A DNA stretch of 64,000 nucleotides from Escherichia phage EcoM2. The stretch lies in sequence record PQ818761.1; one strand, 5' to 3'. The position numbers were made by a program, and so were the translations under genes. The notes under the pieces were generated by a model. It had not been told where the DNA came from, ran no database searches, and worked only from the letters and a program-made list of their open reading frames with translations. Shown here in pieces: positions 30,137 to 38,461 of this stretch. How positions within the stretch are numbered: the first letter of the stretch is position 1; each line of letters opens with the position of its first letter.

Positions 30137-30685
30137 ATGAAGAAATTGATTCTAAGTTTGTGCTTAATGTTTACAGCACACTTATCTTATGCAGTTGACT
30201 GCCCAGAGCTATCAATTAGCCAAAAAGTAAACATGTTAAAAGCTTACCAGTATGGTGAGAATAATATGGGTAAAGGTTGGGGTATTACTCTAGCTGCTAT
30301 AGCCTTACAAGAGTCAGAGTTAGGTCTGAAGGTAGAGAATAAAAAGACACATGATTATGGTATTTTCCAGAATCACTTGAAGACTGTTGTAAAGCGTAAC
30401 AAAATTAGTCCTAATGTGGCTAAAAAGAAACTCTTAAGAGACTTTGATTATGCTGCGAAGGAAACTCACAAAGAACTTGAGTTTTGGACAAAGGTGCATG
30501 GCCAGCCAAAGTCAAAGAAGACTTTACAAAAAGTTTTAGCATCATATAATGCTGGGTATTCGTACAAAATCCCTAAAGCTAAGAAATATTCTCAAGATGT
30601 CTATAACAACATGAAAGTTATTGCTCAATGTGAATTTGCAACAAACATTTCTAAGGTAAATCATGAAAAAATTAAGAAAGTCTGA
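30137..30685 (+). CDS. secreted lytic transglycosylase-like protein (candidate endolysin)
   Basis: N-terminal signal peptide MKKLILSLCLMFTAHLSYA; SLT-family motifs ALQESELG, YGIFQ and SYNAGYS. Confidence 0.6.
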   Translation: MKKLILSLCLMFTAHLSYAVDCPELSISQKVNMLKAYQYGENNMGKGWGITLAAIALQESELGLKVENKKTHDYGIFQNHLKTVVKRNKISPNVAKKKLLRDFDYAAKETHKELEFWTKVHGQPKSKKTLQKVLASYNAGYSYKIPKAKKYSQDVYNNMKVIAQCEFATNISKVNHEKIKKV

Positions 30686-31358
30686 TGAAGTACTGTGTCA
30701 TGCTTATGACTTACATCCTCATGAGTTAGGTCTTGATTCCTGTGTATGGACTCCAGAACAGTGTAGGGATTTTGAAGACACCGCAAGAGAAGTTGTATGT
30801 TCACTCGAAGAGTTTCACACATCAGAGACAATTGTGAATGTTGTAGATAAAGAGACTGGACAAGCTATAGGTGTAAGGCGTGACAGCTTAGTCATAGTCA
30901 ATAAAGACCTTGTAGAAAAAGGTAACCTTATCTTAGCAGACATTGATGGTGTTCTTACAAATTTTAATCACGAAGATTGCTCAACGGAATTGATTGATGG
31001 GTCATTTTCACAGTACACTAATTTGCTTGACTCTGTAAGAGCAAAACCAACGTATGTTTTCAATATTATTGATGCAATTGCTAATCATGCCGCCATTGGA
31101 CTCTTGACAGCGAGAGGTGAATCTCAGAGAATACCTACTGAGATGTTTTTAAGGCATTACATAGAGCATGATTACATACTTTTTATGCGTGGTTTTGGGA
31201 CTAACTCTATAAGTGCAGAAAGTTTGAAAGTGAGGATGATTCAGTCTTGCATTCTGCCTTACTTTAATATAGTATGTTTTATAGAAGATACAGAGAAGAA
31301 TGTGCAGAAGGTGAACAGAATCCTTCCACACATTAAAACCATGTTAGTTAAACATTGA
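30663..31358 (+). CDS. hypothetical protein
   Basis: 231 aa ORF. Confidence 0.45.
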   Translation: MKKLRKSDEVLCHAYDLHPHELGLDSCVWTPEQCRDFEDTAREVVCSLEEFHTSETIVNVVDKETGQAIGVRRDSLVIVNKDLVEKGNLILADIDGVLTNFNHEDCSTELIDGSFSQYTNLLDSVRAKPTYVFNIIDAIANHAAIGLLTARGESQRIPTEMFLRHYIEHDYILFMRGFGTNSISAESLKVRMIQSCILPYFNIVCFIEDTEKNVQKVNRILPHIKTMLVKH

Positions 31359-31368
31359 GAGAAAACTT

Positions 31369-31833
31369 ATGAATAATATCATTACGGTAGCACTGGACGA
31401 TACGGCAAACAAATCTGAAGTAGTTCGTAAAATGATTCAAGGTAACTTTGAAGGTAAAATTTTCCGTGCTGTTAATGTAAAAGCTGATGGTAGCATTCGT
31501 GAATATCGTGCATTGTTGAACGTTAAGAAGCACGTAAAAGGTGTTGGTTCAACGACTGCACACAAAGAAAACCTGATGACTATCTATGATATGGGCAAGG
31601 CTTCAGAGTTAGGTGCTGAAGGTATCGTTAAAGAAGGTGCTCCGTATCGCTCTTTCAATCTGGAAACTACTCTTATGCTTTCCTTTACAAGTGGTTCTAA
31701 AACAATCACTTACCTCTTTACTGATGCTGCAACGGTATCTGCTATTAAGGATAGCACTGTCAAAGCTGGCGTAGTTGCTGCTGCAAAAGCTTCTTCGATG
31801 GCTGCAAATATCCTTGCTAAAGTTCTCGGTTAA
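31369..31833 (+). CDS. hypothetical protein
   Basis: 154 aa ORF. Confidence 0.45.
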   Translation: MNNIITVALDDTANKSEVVRKMIQGNFEGKIFRAVNVKADGSIREYRALLNVKKHVKGVGSTTAHKENLMTIYDMGKASELGAEGIVKEGAPYRSFNLETTLMLSFTSGSKTITYLFTDAATVSAIKDSTVKAGVVAAAKASSMAANILAKVLG

Positions 31834-31844
31834 GGTTAAGATAC

Positions 31845-31866
31845 AGGCTCCTTCGGGAGCCTTTTT
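31845..31866 (+). terminator. rho-independent terminator
   Basis: AGGCTCC-TTCG-GGAGCCT hairpin followed by TTTTT. Confidence 0.65.
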
Positions 31867-31885
31867 CATTTCAGGAGATTGTTAA

Positions 31886-32233
31886 ATGACATTTAAAGAG
31901 TTCTGTCAAGCTACTTTCATAATTGTTTTCTTAGTTGGGACAGGTGTCTGGGGAGGATACTCTTACAGAGGCTACCAAGTTGCTGAAGCTGAGTTAAGCA
32001 ATGAGAAACTAATAAGTGTTGCTAAAGATGCTTATCAGGAAGGTTTAGCCACACTCAGCACCAATTACAAAAATGATTTGAAAGATGTGCTTGCTAAGAA
32101 TAAGCACACAAAAGAGGTACTAACATATGAAAAAACTAAGCCAGAGTTTTATAATGTTTGTGTTACTGACAATTATGTCAGGGTGTTCAACGAACAAAGT
32201 GAACAGTACATTCAAAAACTCCCAAGTAAGTGA
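31886..32233 (+). CDS. candidate i-spanin (Rz-like)
   Basis: 115 aa with one N-terminal transmembrane segment and a charged, predicted-helical periplasmic part; sits after the transglycosylase gene. Confidence 0.45.
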   Translation: MTFKEFCQATFIIVFLVGTGVWGGYSYRGYQVAEAELSNEKLISVAKDAYQEGLATLSTNYKNDLKDVLAKNKHTKEVLTYEKTKPEFYNVCVTDNYVRVFNEQSEQYIQKLPSK

Positions 32234-32396
32234 GAGTGACAAGTACACACAAGAAGAGTCAAGATTCACTGTCAAAGGTAATACTGGTAGTGATGTGGCA
32301 GCAGCCCTTGAGTTTTATCGTGATGGTTTTTACCAGTGCACAATTAAAGCTAATAACCTTATTGATATGATTTTATTAGGAAATAAACAGCAATGA
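32127..32396 (+). CDS. candidate o-spanin (Rz1-like lipoprotein)
   Basis: 89 aa in a different frame overlapping the 3' end of the i-spanin candidate; signal peptide ending in lipobox-like MSGC. Confidence 0.45.
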   Translation: MKKLSQSFIMFVLLTIMSGCSTNKVNSTFKNSQVSESDKYTQEESRFTVKGNTGSDVAAALEFYRDGFYQCTIKANNLIDMILLGNKQQ

Positions 32397-32662
32397 CAGA
32401 GAATGAAGATACTTTTTACGTAGAAGGTTACTTACTGTTACCACGACCAAAAGAAACTTATATGCGAATTGACTTCTTGCCAACCATTATGGATAATGTG
32501 ATGTGTCATATCTTTATGCAAGGTGTCACAGCACAGCTTAAGCACGTTGGTAAAGAGTGCAAAATAAAGGTTGACACTCATCCAGAAATCAAAGAGAATC
32601 ACTACACATGGTTCTTACCAGATTCTAAAGAAATCTTAGCAGTTCTTAAAACGAGGAAATGA
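32393..32662 (+). CDS. hypothetical protein
   Basis: 89 aa ORF; ATGA overlap. Confidence 0.4.
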   Translation: MTENEDTFYVEGYLLLPRPKETYMRIDFLPTIMDNVMCHIFMQGVTAQLKHVGKECKIKVDTHPEIKENHYTWFLPDSKEILAVLKTRK

Positions 32663-32973
32663 TTATGCAATTCCAGCCAACCAATCGTGGATTTTCTTAT
32701 GCAGAATTTAAAGATGCTAAAGGGGAAATTTGTACTTTACAAGAGAGTTCATCATATGAACCATGTATCTGGTTAGGTGCTAAAGAGGTCTCTGTTCAGT
32801 ATCTAGATGGTGGCTGGAAAACACTTGATATCCCAGCATTAGTAGGCAAAGATTTTGTAGGTAACCAAAGAATGAAACTCAACCAAGAACAGGTGAAAGA
32901 GCTATTGCCATACCTTCAGTACTTTGCTGAAAATGGTGAATTACCAACAGAGGAACTTACAAATGCAGATTAA
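32659..32973 (+). CDS. hypothetical protein
   Basis: 104 aa ORF. Confidence 0.4.
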   Translation: MIMQFQPTNRGFSYAEFKDAKGEICTLQESSSYEPCIWLGAKEVSVQYLDGGWKTLDIPALVGKDFVGNQRMKLNQEQVKELLPYLQYFAENGELPTEELTNAD

Positions 32974-33289
32974 CGGAAGAGACTTTGTAGCCGTTTACTA
33001 TGAGAAAGATAAAGAAGTTGGTGTAGCACAAGTATCTTATGGTAATGGTAAGTGGTTGTATGGGACAATCGCAGTAGTCGGAACAAGAAGTGATACAAAA
33101 ACTTTTAAAGACTGTGTTGACCTTCTTGAAGAATCCATCCATAATCATTGGTGTCTGATATGGATGACTGACAACGAAGTGATAGAACGCTTCAAAAAGA
33201 TTGGTATCAACATTGATAGCATTGAACATGTTGATTTATATGAGCTAACTGAGAAGGTAAACTATGAAAGTAATACTAGCCAGAGATAA
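32963..33289 (+). CDS. hypothetical protein
   Basis: ORF-track ORF 32924..33289 trimmed to ATG 32963 to limit overlap. Confidence 0.35.
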   Translation: MQINGRDFVAVYYEKDKEVGVAQVSYGNGKWLYGTIAVVGTRSDTKTFKDCVDLLEESIHNHWCLIWMTDNEVIERFKKIGINIDSIEHVDLYELTEKVNYESNTSQR

Positions 33290-33491
33290 AAAGACACGGA
33301 AACTTATCAGGTCAGCGGTGTTCATTGGACGAAATGAGGTCATACCATTTACAGCAAATGATGTGATAGCTTACCGGAAGAACTTAGTATTCACTGACTG
33401 TTTACGTGGCTTCATCTCTGAACCATTAGAACACTTTAAAAGCCGTTGTGGTAAAGGAATCATCATTCAAGAGGCAATTATTCATGGCTGA
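33264..33491 (+). CDS. hypothetical protein
   Basis: 75 aa ORF. Confidence 0.35.
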   Translation: MKVILARDKKTRKLIRSAVFIGRNEVIPFTANDVIAYRKNLVFTDCLRGFISEPLEHFKSRCGKGIIIQEAIIHG

Positions 33492-33684
33492 CTTCTGCAA
33501 AGACTGTTCTATAGAAATGTTTGGACGTGATACAGGTGACTTAAAAGGTCTTATCACTGAAGATGACTTTAAAGCTGGCTATGCAATGCCAGTAATCTGT
33601 GAAGGTTGCGGGTGTATCTGGGTAGACCACGAAGGACAACGTGTAAAACCTTCAGAAGATAAAGAGTCTTGGGAGAGATGTTAA
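33484..33684 (+). CDS. hypothetical Cys-rich small protein
   Basis: ORF-track ORF 33448..33684 trimmed to ATG 33484; CKDCS...CEGCGC cysteine motifs. Confidence 0.4.
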   Translation: MADFCKDCSIEMFGRDTGDLKGLITEDDFKAGYAMPVICEGCGCIWVDHEGQRVKPSEDKESWERC

Positions 33685-34464
33685 ATGGGTATTGTAAAAG
33701 TTGTGAAAGGTAACTTACTGGCTGCCTTCAAAAACACAGATATCGAGTTAATTGCTCATGGTTGCAACTGTCGTAACCTCATGGGTGCTGGAATCGCTCA
33801 AAAAATTGCTAAGATTTTCCCAAAAGCTGAAGAAGCTGACAGGAAATTCCATAAGAAGTTTGGCTACAATGCTCACGATATAGGATACCAGATGATTGGT
33901 GAGGTGTCACATGCTCGAACAGAGTATGGTTACATTTTTAACCTATATACACAGTTGGATGTTGGAAAGTGTGCATCATACCGATACTTAGTGGAGTCAC
34001 TAGAAAAACTCCGTAAGTTTTGCTGGATGCACAACATTCGTAAGATTGGTTTACCCATGATTGGGGCAGGTATCGGTGGGTTAGACGCACAAGCCGTGAA
34101 AAGCCTCATTAATAGCATTATGTACAACGTTGATGTGTACCTATACGTCTATGATGAAGCAATGGCAACTGTAGTTACCCCTAAGTATGCCACCTCAGCA
34201 CCACAATTCTATGATGGTGTTGTTCTCAGTGACGGTAAGTCTAACCATGTTACCCTCTATCAACTTGTTGAAGGTAAGGTAGAGGTTAGTTACCCTCTGG
34301 TTAGTGAGATGGGTATGTGTAACAGTGAAATGTTCTCAGTTGACCCGTTTGGTAGATACGAAGGGGTATTCTTTGATAACTACCCAGCAGCATACATCTA
34401 CACAACAAATCAGGATGAAGTTCACTACTTGCTGTATTCTAAAAAGTTCAAATTCATAAGCTGA
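33685..34464 (+). CDS. macro-domain (ADP-ribose binding/processing) protein
   Basis: N-terminal region ELIAHGCNCRNLMGAGIAQKIAK fits the macro-domain N...G-x-G-(V/I)-A signature; about 100 aa C-terminal extension of unknown function. Confidence 0.6.
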   Translation: MGIVKVVKGNLLAAFKNTDIELIAHGCNCRNLMGAGIAQKIAKIFPKAEEADRKFHKKFGYNAHDIGYQMIGEVSHARTEYGYIFNLYTQLDVGKCASYRYLVESLEKLRKFCWMHNIRKIGLPMIGAGIGGLDAQAVKSLINSIMYNVDVYLYVYDEAMATVVTPKYATSAPQFYDGVVLSDGKSNHVTLYQLVEGKVEVSYPLVSEMGMCNSEMFSVDPFGRYEGVFFDNYPAAYIYTTNQDEVHYLLYSKKFKFIS

Positions 34465-34708
34465 TTAGCACTTCACATTATCTACAAATCATCCAAGAAG
34501 GCTGCCTAACCAATTGAAAAATTTAAGGTAAGGCGGCCTTTTTCATTTCCAATTTGTGCAGGTATCTGTAGAGGTCTGCACAAATACCTCAAAAAATCTC
34601 ACCTCCAGATAGAAAAATCATTTTCAAAACGTGCAGACCCCGCTCAGGTCGGGCAAGAAAAATCATTTTAGAATTGTGCAGGTAGGATTTTATAGAGAGC
34701 CAGACCAG

Positions 34709-34739
34709 CCCCTCTCCCCCTCTTACTCCCCCTCTCCCC
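34709..34739 (-). other. G-quadruplex-forming G-run tract (C-rich on + strand)
   Basis: + strand CCCC-TCT-CCCCC-TCTTACT-CCCCC-TCT-CCCC, i.e. four G-runs of at least 4 on the - strand. Confidence 0.5.
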
Positions 34740-34860
34740 AAAAGTCAAGAGAAAAATTTGTAGCGGATTGAAAAATAATTCTTGATTTGTGTTCTGTTTT
34801 GTGGTAGTCGTGTGCGCCCGTTTCATTACAGTTTTGCTAAAAATATTTTTAAAATTTTTC

Positions 34861-34889
34861 TTGACTCTTTGAACGTGGTTATCTAGTAT
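34861..34889 (+). promoter_or_regulatory. sigma70-like promoter
   Basis: TTGACT - 17 nt - TAGTAT upstream of the first small-gene cassette. Confidence 0.5.
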
Positions 34890-34895
34890 TTGCAT

Positions 34896-34952
34896 CAACA
34901 GGGAGGGAATGTCCTTCCCCACTAAATAAAGTCCTAAACTGGAGATTCAAAA
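34896..34952 (+). repeat. type A hairpin/leader cassette, copy 1
   Basis: caacaGGGAGGGaatgTCCTTCCCC hairpin then conserved leader ACTAAATAAAGTCCTAAACTGGAGATTCAAAA before ATG. Confidence 0.7.
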
Positions 34953-35336
34953 ATGAAATACCGTGCACCTAAATTCATCAACAAAGACAACTTTCGCAAC
35001 GCACTGGAGAAGTCACTTGATGAAAGTTTTAAAGGTAACATTATCGTTGTTCACGCATTCAATTTTAAGTATGATGTAAACGGGAATAGAATCAACCATT
35101 ACACGGCAACCATGTTAGATGGTACACTTTCAAGTGAAAAAGCCGTACTAAATGCACTGGCAGGACGTGGAAAGGTATTAGTAAGATGTGATAAGAGACG
35201 TTATCAGGGCGGCGCATATGGTTATGATGATGCTGTTTACCATCTTGAAAATATGGGCTATCAAGTAGAAAAAGCTGGAGCATCACAAATCATCGGCAGC
35301 GATGGTTATGTAACTATCTTCAAAATTAACAAATAA
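34953..35336 (+). CDS. hypothetical protein (small-gene array 1)
   Basis: 127 aa ORF preceded by type A cassette with GGAG RBS. Confidence 0.55.
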   Translation: MKYRAPKFINKDNFRNALEKSLDESFKGNIIVVHAFNFKYDVNGNRINHYTATMLDGTLSSEKAVLNALAGRGKVLVRCDKRRYQGGAYGYDDAVYHLENMGYQVEKAGASQIIGSDGYVTIFKINK

Positions 35337-35337
35337 A

Positions 35338-35422
35338 GTGCTTTACAGGGGGCTTATAGTTCGATAAAGTAAGCCCCAGATAAAGAGCTTTACCACTAAA
35401 TCCTAAATTGGAGAACTTAAAA
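35338..35422 (+). repeat. type B hairpin/leader cassette, copy 1
   Basis: GTgCTTTACAgGGGGCTTAtag...TAAGCCCC hairpin, AGATAAAGAGCTTTACCACTAAATCCTAAAtTGGAGA leader. Confidence 0.7.
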
Positions 35423-35716
35423 ATGGCTATTATCAAAAACGTTGTAATTGCTGCAAAAACTCGTGATGACGCTCGCGTTATGGCTAAAAAGTTATGCGGG
35501 AAAGTGGTTGACAACGGAAAACAATCTGCTGTAAGGTGGGGCGTGAAGGTTGATAAACAGTTGAAGTTAAAAAATTCACCGATAAACCTTTTTACATGTG
35601 TAAACACTATCGGTAAGACAAATGTATACACGAAAAAGGCATACATTAGACGCGTAGCATTAACATCCCCCATTCGTACAATGAGAAGTTATGCAAAGCT
35701 GAAAATTAACAAATAA
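35423..35716 (+). CDS. hypothetical protein (small-gene array 2)
   Basis: ORF-track ORF 35408..35716 trimmed to the ATG positioned by the conserved leader (MAIIKN...). Confidence 0.5.
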   Translation: MAIIKNVVIAAKTRDDARVMAKKLCGKVVDNGKQSAVRWGVKVDKQLKLKNSPINLFTCVNTIGKTNVYTKKAYIRRVALTSPIRTMRSYAKLKINK

Positions 35717-35717
35717 A

Positions 35718-35801
35718 GTACTTTACAAGGGGCTTAAAAGCTGATACCTTAAGCCCCAGATAAAGAGCTTTACCACTAAATCCTAAACTGGAGATTCTAA
35801 A
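35718..35801 (+). repeat. type B hairpin/leader cassette, copy 2
   Basis: GTACTTTACAAGGGGCTTAAAAG...CTTAAGCCCC then conserved leader. Confidence 0.7.
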
Positions 35802-36314
35802 ATGAAAACTGTAGACGCTACCTTTGAAGTTGTAAAAGAAAAATTTTCCATCATCTACGAAGCGGTAAATTGCTACGAAGCAAGCCATAATCTCGTTAAT
35901 TGGGAGTTTACAAACGACCATCAAGGCGGTGTGACTGTTAAAAATCCTAACTGTCAGCATAATGATTTTAAATATGCAAACCCTTTGCATTACAGCCTTA
36001 AACAGCTTTCAAGTGACTATGCAAAACAAGGCCGGGAAAATCCATCAAAAGAGGCTTACGCAAGCTTACAAAAAGAACTAGAAAGAGATTTAGAGGCTTC
36101 AGAGTACAACCTTGCCGCGAAAGTTGTGGATGCAAACGGTAACACGGTTTTAGAAAGTTTTTATCTTGGTTATGCTTTCGATTGGTGCTATCGTGACGGC
36201 GATGATTTAGAGGATAGACTAAAAGAAGAGGTGAACAATTCAGACGCAGAAACTGAAGTATTAGAACGTTTGGAATCGTTGAAAGATTCAGTGATGAATA
36301 TCTTTAAGAACTAA
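35802..36314 (+). CDS. hypothetical protein (small-gene array 3)
   Basis: 170 aa ORF after type B cassette. Confidence 0.55.
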   Translation: MKTVDATFEVVKEKFSIIYEAVNCYEASHNLVNWEFTNDHQGGVTVKNPNCQHNDFKYANPLHYSLKQLSSDYAKQGRENPSKEAYASLQKELERDLEASEYNLAAKVVDANGNTVLESFYLGYAFDWCYRDGDDLEDRLKEEVNNSDAETEVLERLESLKDSVMNIFKN

Positions 36315-36315
36315 A

Positions 36316-36406
36316 TAGACCTCTTTACACGGGGTTATCAAGTTGGTATGATAGCCCCAGATAAAGAGATTTATCAAATAAAGCCCTTAAACTAGGAGAT
36401 TCTAAA
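36316..36406 (+). repeat. type B-variant hairpin/leader cassette
   Basis: CTCTTTACACGGGGTTATCAAG...GATAGCCCC then AGATAAAGA...CTAGGAGATTCTAAA. Confidence 0.6.
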
Positions 36407-36703
36407 ATGAAATTATCAAATCAAGTGCGTGAAAATTTGAGCAAATTACTCAACAAAATTGATTTTATCGAGACATCAAGGAATAGGCATGATGTTATGG
36501 AATGGTTACACGGCAAAATAAAAGGTCGTCGTGTAGTGATTTGCTTATGGAACAGTTGCAGGGAGTATAAAAAACCTGTATTACAAGTTAATATATACGA
36601 TAATACTTTTAAAAGTCCTGTAAAGTCTAAAAGCGATTTATTAGAATCCTATGAGATAACTGTAAATGGCAAAGTATCACGTAAAGAGGAAACACCATGT
36701 TAA
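36407..36703 (+). CDS. hypothetical protein (small-gene array 4)
   Basis: 98 aa ORF. Confidence 0.5.
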   Translation: MKLSNQVRENLSKLLNKIDFIETSRNRHDVMEWLHGKIKGRRVVICLWNSCREYKKPVLQVNIYDNTFKSPVKSKSDLLESYEITVNGKVSRKEETPC

Positions 36704-37029
36704 TGACTGGTATCACTGCAATCATTGCCATTTTCGCGCTATATAAGGCATATAAAGCCTATAATCTAGCAAGTAAGGCAATTACGCAGCAGGTTAGCAA
36801 TAACCTTGTAGAAAGCTTTCTAGGGCGTCTCAGTGATGAGCAAATAAAGCGGCTAGAGATGAGCTTCAGATATAAAGCGAAAACCTATCAGATAAGTGAC
36901 ATCTTTAAAGATGATTTTCAGTTAGTTGATGATTATAATTCTCTGATAAATGCTTTAAACATCAATGACTTGAAAGAATATCACGCTGTAATTGTTCAAG
37001 AATTGAGCAAACGAAAACAAATCTGTTGA
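36697..37029 (+). CDS. hypothetical membrane protein (small-gene array 5)
   Basis: 110 aa with N-terminal hydrophobic helix; overlaps upstream gene by 7 nt. Confidence 0.45.
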   Translation: MLMTGITAIIAIFALYKAYKAYNLASKAITQQVSNNLVESFLGRLSDEQIKRLEMSFRYKAKTYQISDIFKDDFQLVDDYNSLINALNINDLKEYHAVIVQELSKRKQIC

Positions 37030-37054
37030 CACTGGTTTTTAGATAGATTAAATT
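37026..37054 (+). promoter_or_regulatory. sigma70-like promoter
   Basis: TTGACA - 17 nt - TAAATT; 29-mer identical to the copy at 38078. Confidence 0.55.
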
Positions 37055-37060
37055 ACACAT

Positions 37061-37121
37061 CAACGGGGAGGGAATGACCTCCCCCCCCACTAAATAAAGT
37101 CCTAAACTGGAGATTCAAAAA
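37061..37121 (+). repeat. type A hairpin/leader cassette, copy 2
   Basis: caacGGGGAGGGaatgaCCTCCCC hairpin plus conserved leader. Confidence 0.7.
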
Positions 37122-37280
37122 ATGTTTTGTGCAGGTGATAAAGTTGTCTGGAATGATATAGATGACGGTTTATGTACGAAAGTTGTTGTTATCTTAGAAA
37201 TTGATTATATCACTGGTGTTGCAACTGTAGCAGATAATGATATAATCTTTGATGTCTTAATTAGTGAACTGTCAAAATAA
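37122..37280 (+). CDS. hypothetical small protein (small-gene array 6)
   Basis: 52 aa ORF (below ORF-track cutoff) starting exactly at the ATG positioned by the cassette leader. Confidence 0.4.
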   Translation: MFCAGDKVVWNDIDDGLCTKVVVILEIDYITGVATVADNDIIFDVLISELSK

Positions 37281-37305
37281 AGTCCTTAAACTAGGAGATT
37301 CAAAA

Positions 37306-37578
37306 ATGTACACTACTAACAACGGTCGCACCTTAAACGTAACCCTACGCCACTATGTGAACGGTGTAATGCACTTCGAGGATTTACAAGCTGAACAGCA
37401 CATTTTGGATTGGCAACTTGCAGGATTCCAAAAAACTGCTACCGGATACGGGAAAAAGATTCCAACTAGCTGGAAAGTATACTACGAAGGCCGTTTGCGT
37501 AGAATTTATCAAGATGTATGCGGCAATAGCGCATCAAGTTACATCATAGTAAAAGGCAAAAAGCTGCATTTAGCATAA
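37306..37578 (+). CDS. hypothetical protein (small-gene array 7)
   Basis: ORF-track ORF 37264..37578 trimmed to ATG 37306, which follows a copy of the leader (AAGTCCTTAAACTAGGAGATTCAAAA) without hairpin. Confidence 0.5.
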   Translation: MYTTNNGRTLNVTLRHYVNGVMHFEDLQAEQHILDWQLAGFQKTATGYGKKIPTSWKVYYEGRLRRIYQDVCGNSASSYIIVKGKKLHLA

Positions 37579-37663
37579 AGTACTTTACAAGGGGCTTATA
37601 AGTCTGTACAGTAAGCCCCAGATAAAGAGCTTTACCACTAAATCCTAAATTGGAGATTCAAAA
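37579..37663 (+). repeat. type B hairpin/leader cassette, copy 3
   Basis: GTACTTTACAAGGGGCTTATAAG...GTAAGCCCC plus leader. Confidence 0.7.
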
Positions 37664-38068
37664 ATGGCTATTAATAATCGTGAGTTATCTATCTTAAAAG
37701 CACGTTTGACCGTTAACCGGATTAATGTTATCACATCAGCAGCACCGGATGAAACACTGCAAAACATTATTGGGAAGATTCAAAGTGTTATCTTAGACGT
37801 TGAAAGCGTAAAAAACTCATTGGCTGACGTTGCAGCCGGTATCACGCTAGACGGTGCACAACATGAGATGGCCGACATGTTAGGCAAATCAAAGGTAATG
37901 AATAAAGAATTAGACTTGAAAATGTTTCGATTTGCTGTTAAAGTGTGGCTATCCGTCGAGTATGACGCTAACTTTGCAATCGCTGACTTTTTCGCCACTT
38001 GGTTGCAGCGTAATTTGTCAAATCATGATTTTCGTAATATCTGTGATGCAATTTATGCAGAACTCTAA
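37664..38068 (+). CDS. hypothetical protein (small-gene array 8)
   Basis: 134 aa ORF. Confidence 0.55.
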   Translation: MAINNRELSILKARLTVNRINVITSAAPDETLQNIIGKIQSVILDVESVKNSLADVAAGITLDGAQHEMADMLGKSKVMNKELDLKMFRFAVKVWLSVEYDANFAIADFFATWLQRNLSNHDFRNICDAIYAEL

Positions 38069-38077
38069 AAAATTTTG

Positions 38078-38106
38078 TTGACACTGGTTTTTAGATAGAT
38101 TAAATT
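38078..38106 (+). promoter_or_regulatory. sigma70-like promoter
   Basis: TTGACA - 17 nt - TAAATT, identical to 37026 copy. Confidence 0.55.
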
Positions 38107-38112
38107 ACACAT

Positions 38113-38171
38113 CAACGGGGAGGGGATGACCTTCCCCACTAAATAAAGTCCTTAAACTAGGAGATTCTAAA
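38113..38171 (+). repeat. type A hairpin/leader cassette, copy 3
   Basis: caacGGGGAGGGgatgaCCTTCCCC plus leader. Confidence 0.7.
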
Positions 38172-38369
38172 ATGGCTATTATTAACGGCTTAACCATTGA
38201 AACAACACACATCAAAGATATCAAAGTTGGTGATGTAGTCCTTTCCCACGGCGTAGAAAAAACTGTCACTGTAAAGGATATCAAAGAGGATTCTTTCATG
38301 GGTAGAACTCTCTTCGGTGATTCTTATTGCTTAGGTTATCTTGCAGTTTTAAAAGTTGTCAAAAATTAA
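38172..38369 (+). CDS. hypothetical protein (small-gene array 9)
   Basis: 65 aa ORF. Confidence 0.45.
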   Translation: MAIINGLTIETTHIKDIKVGDVVLSHGVEKTVTVKDIKEDSFMGRTLFGDSYCLGYLAVLKVVKN

Positions 38370-38377
38370 GTAATAAA

Positions 38378-38461
38378 GTACTTTACAAGGGGCTTAAAAA
38401 GTTGGTATCTTAAGCCCCAGATAAAGAGCTTTACACAGTCCTTAAACTAGGAGATTAAAGA
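38378..38461 (+). repeat. type B hairpin/leader cassette, copy 4
   Basis: GTACTTTACAAGGGGCTTAAAAAG...CTTAAGCCCC plus leader. Confidence 0.7.

Noticed and set aside
34668-34922. 84 aa minus-strand ORF
   Set aside because: Translation is dominated by Gly/Arg from the G-run tract; overlaps the promoter and cassette region, so it is most likely non-coding regulatory DNA.
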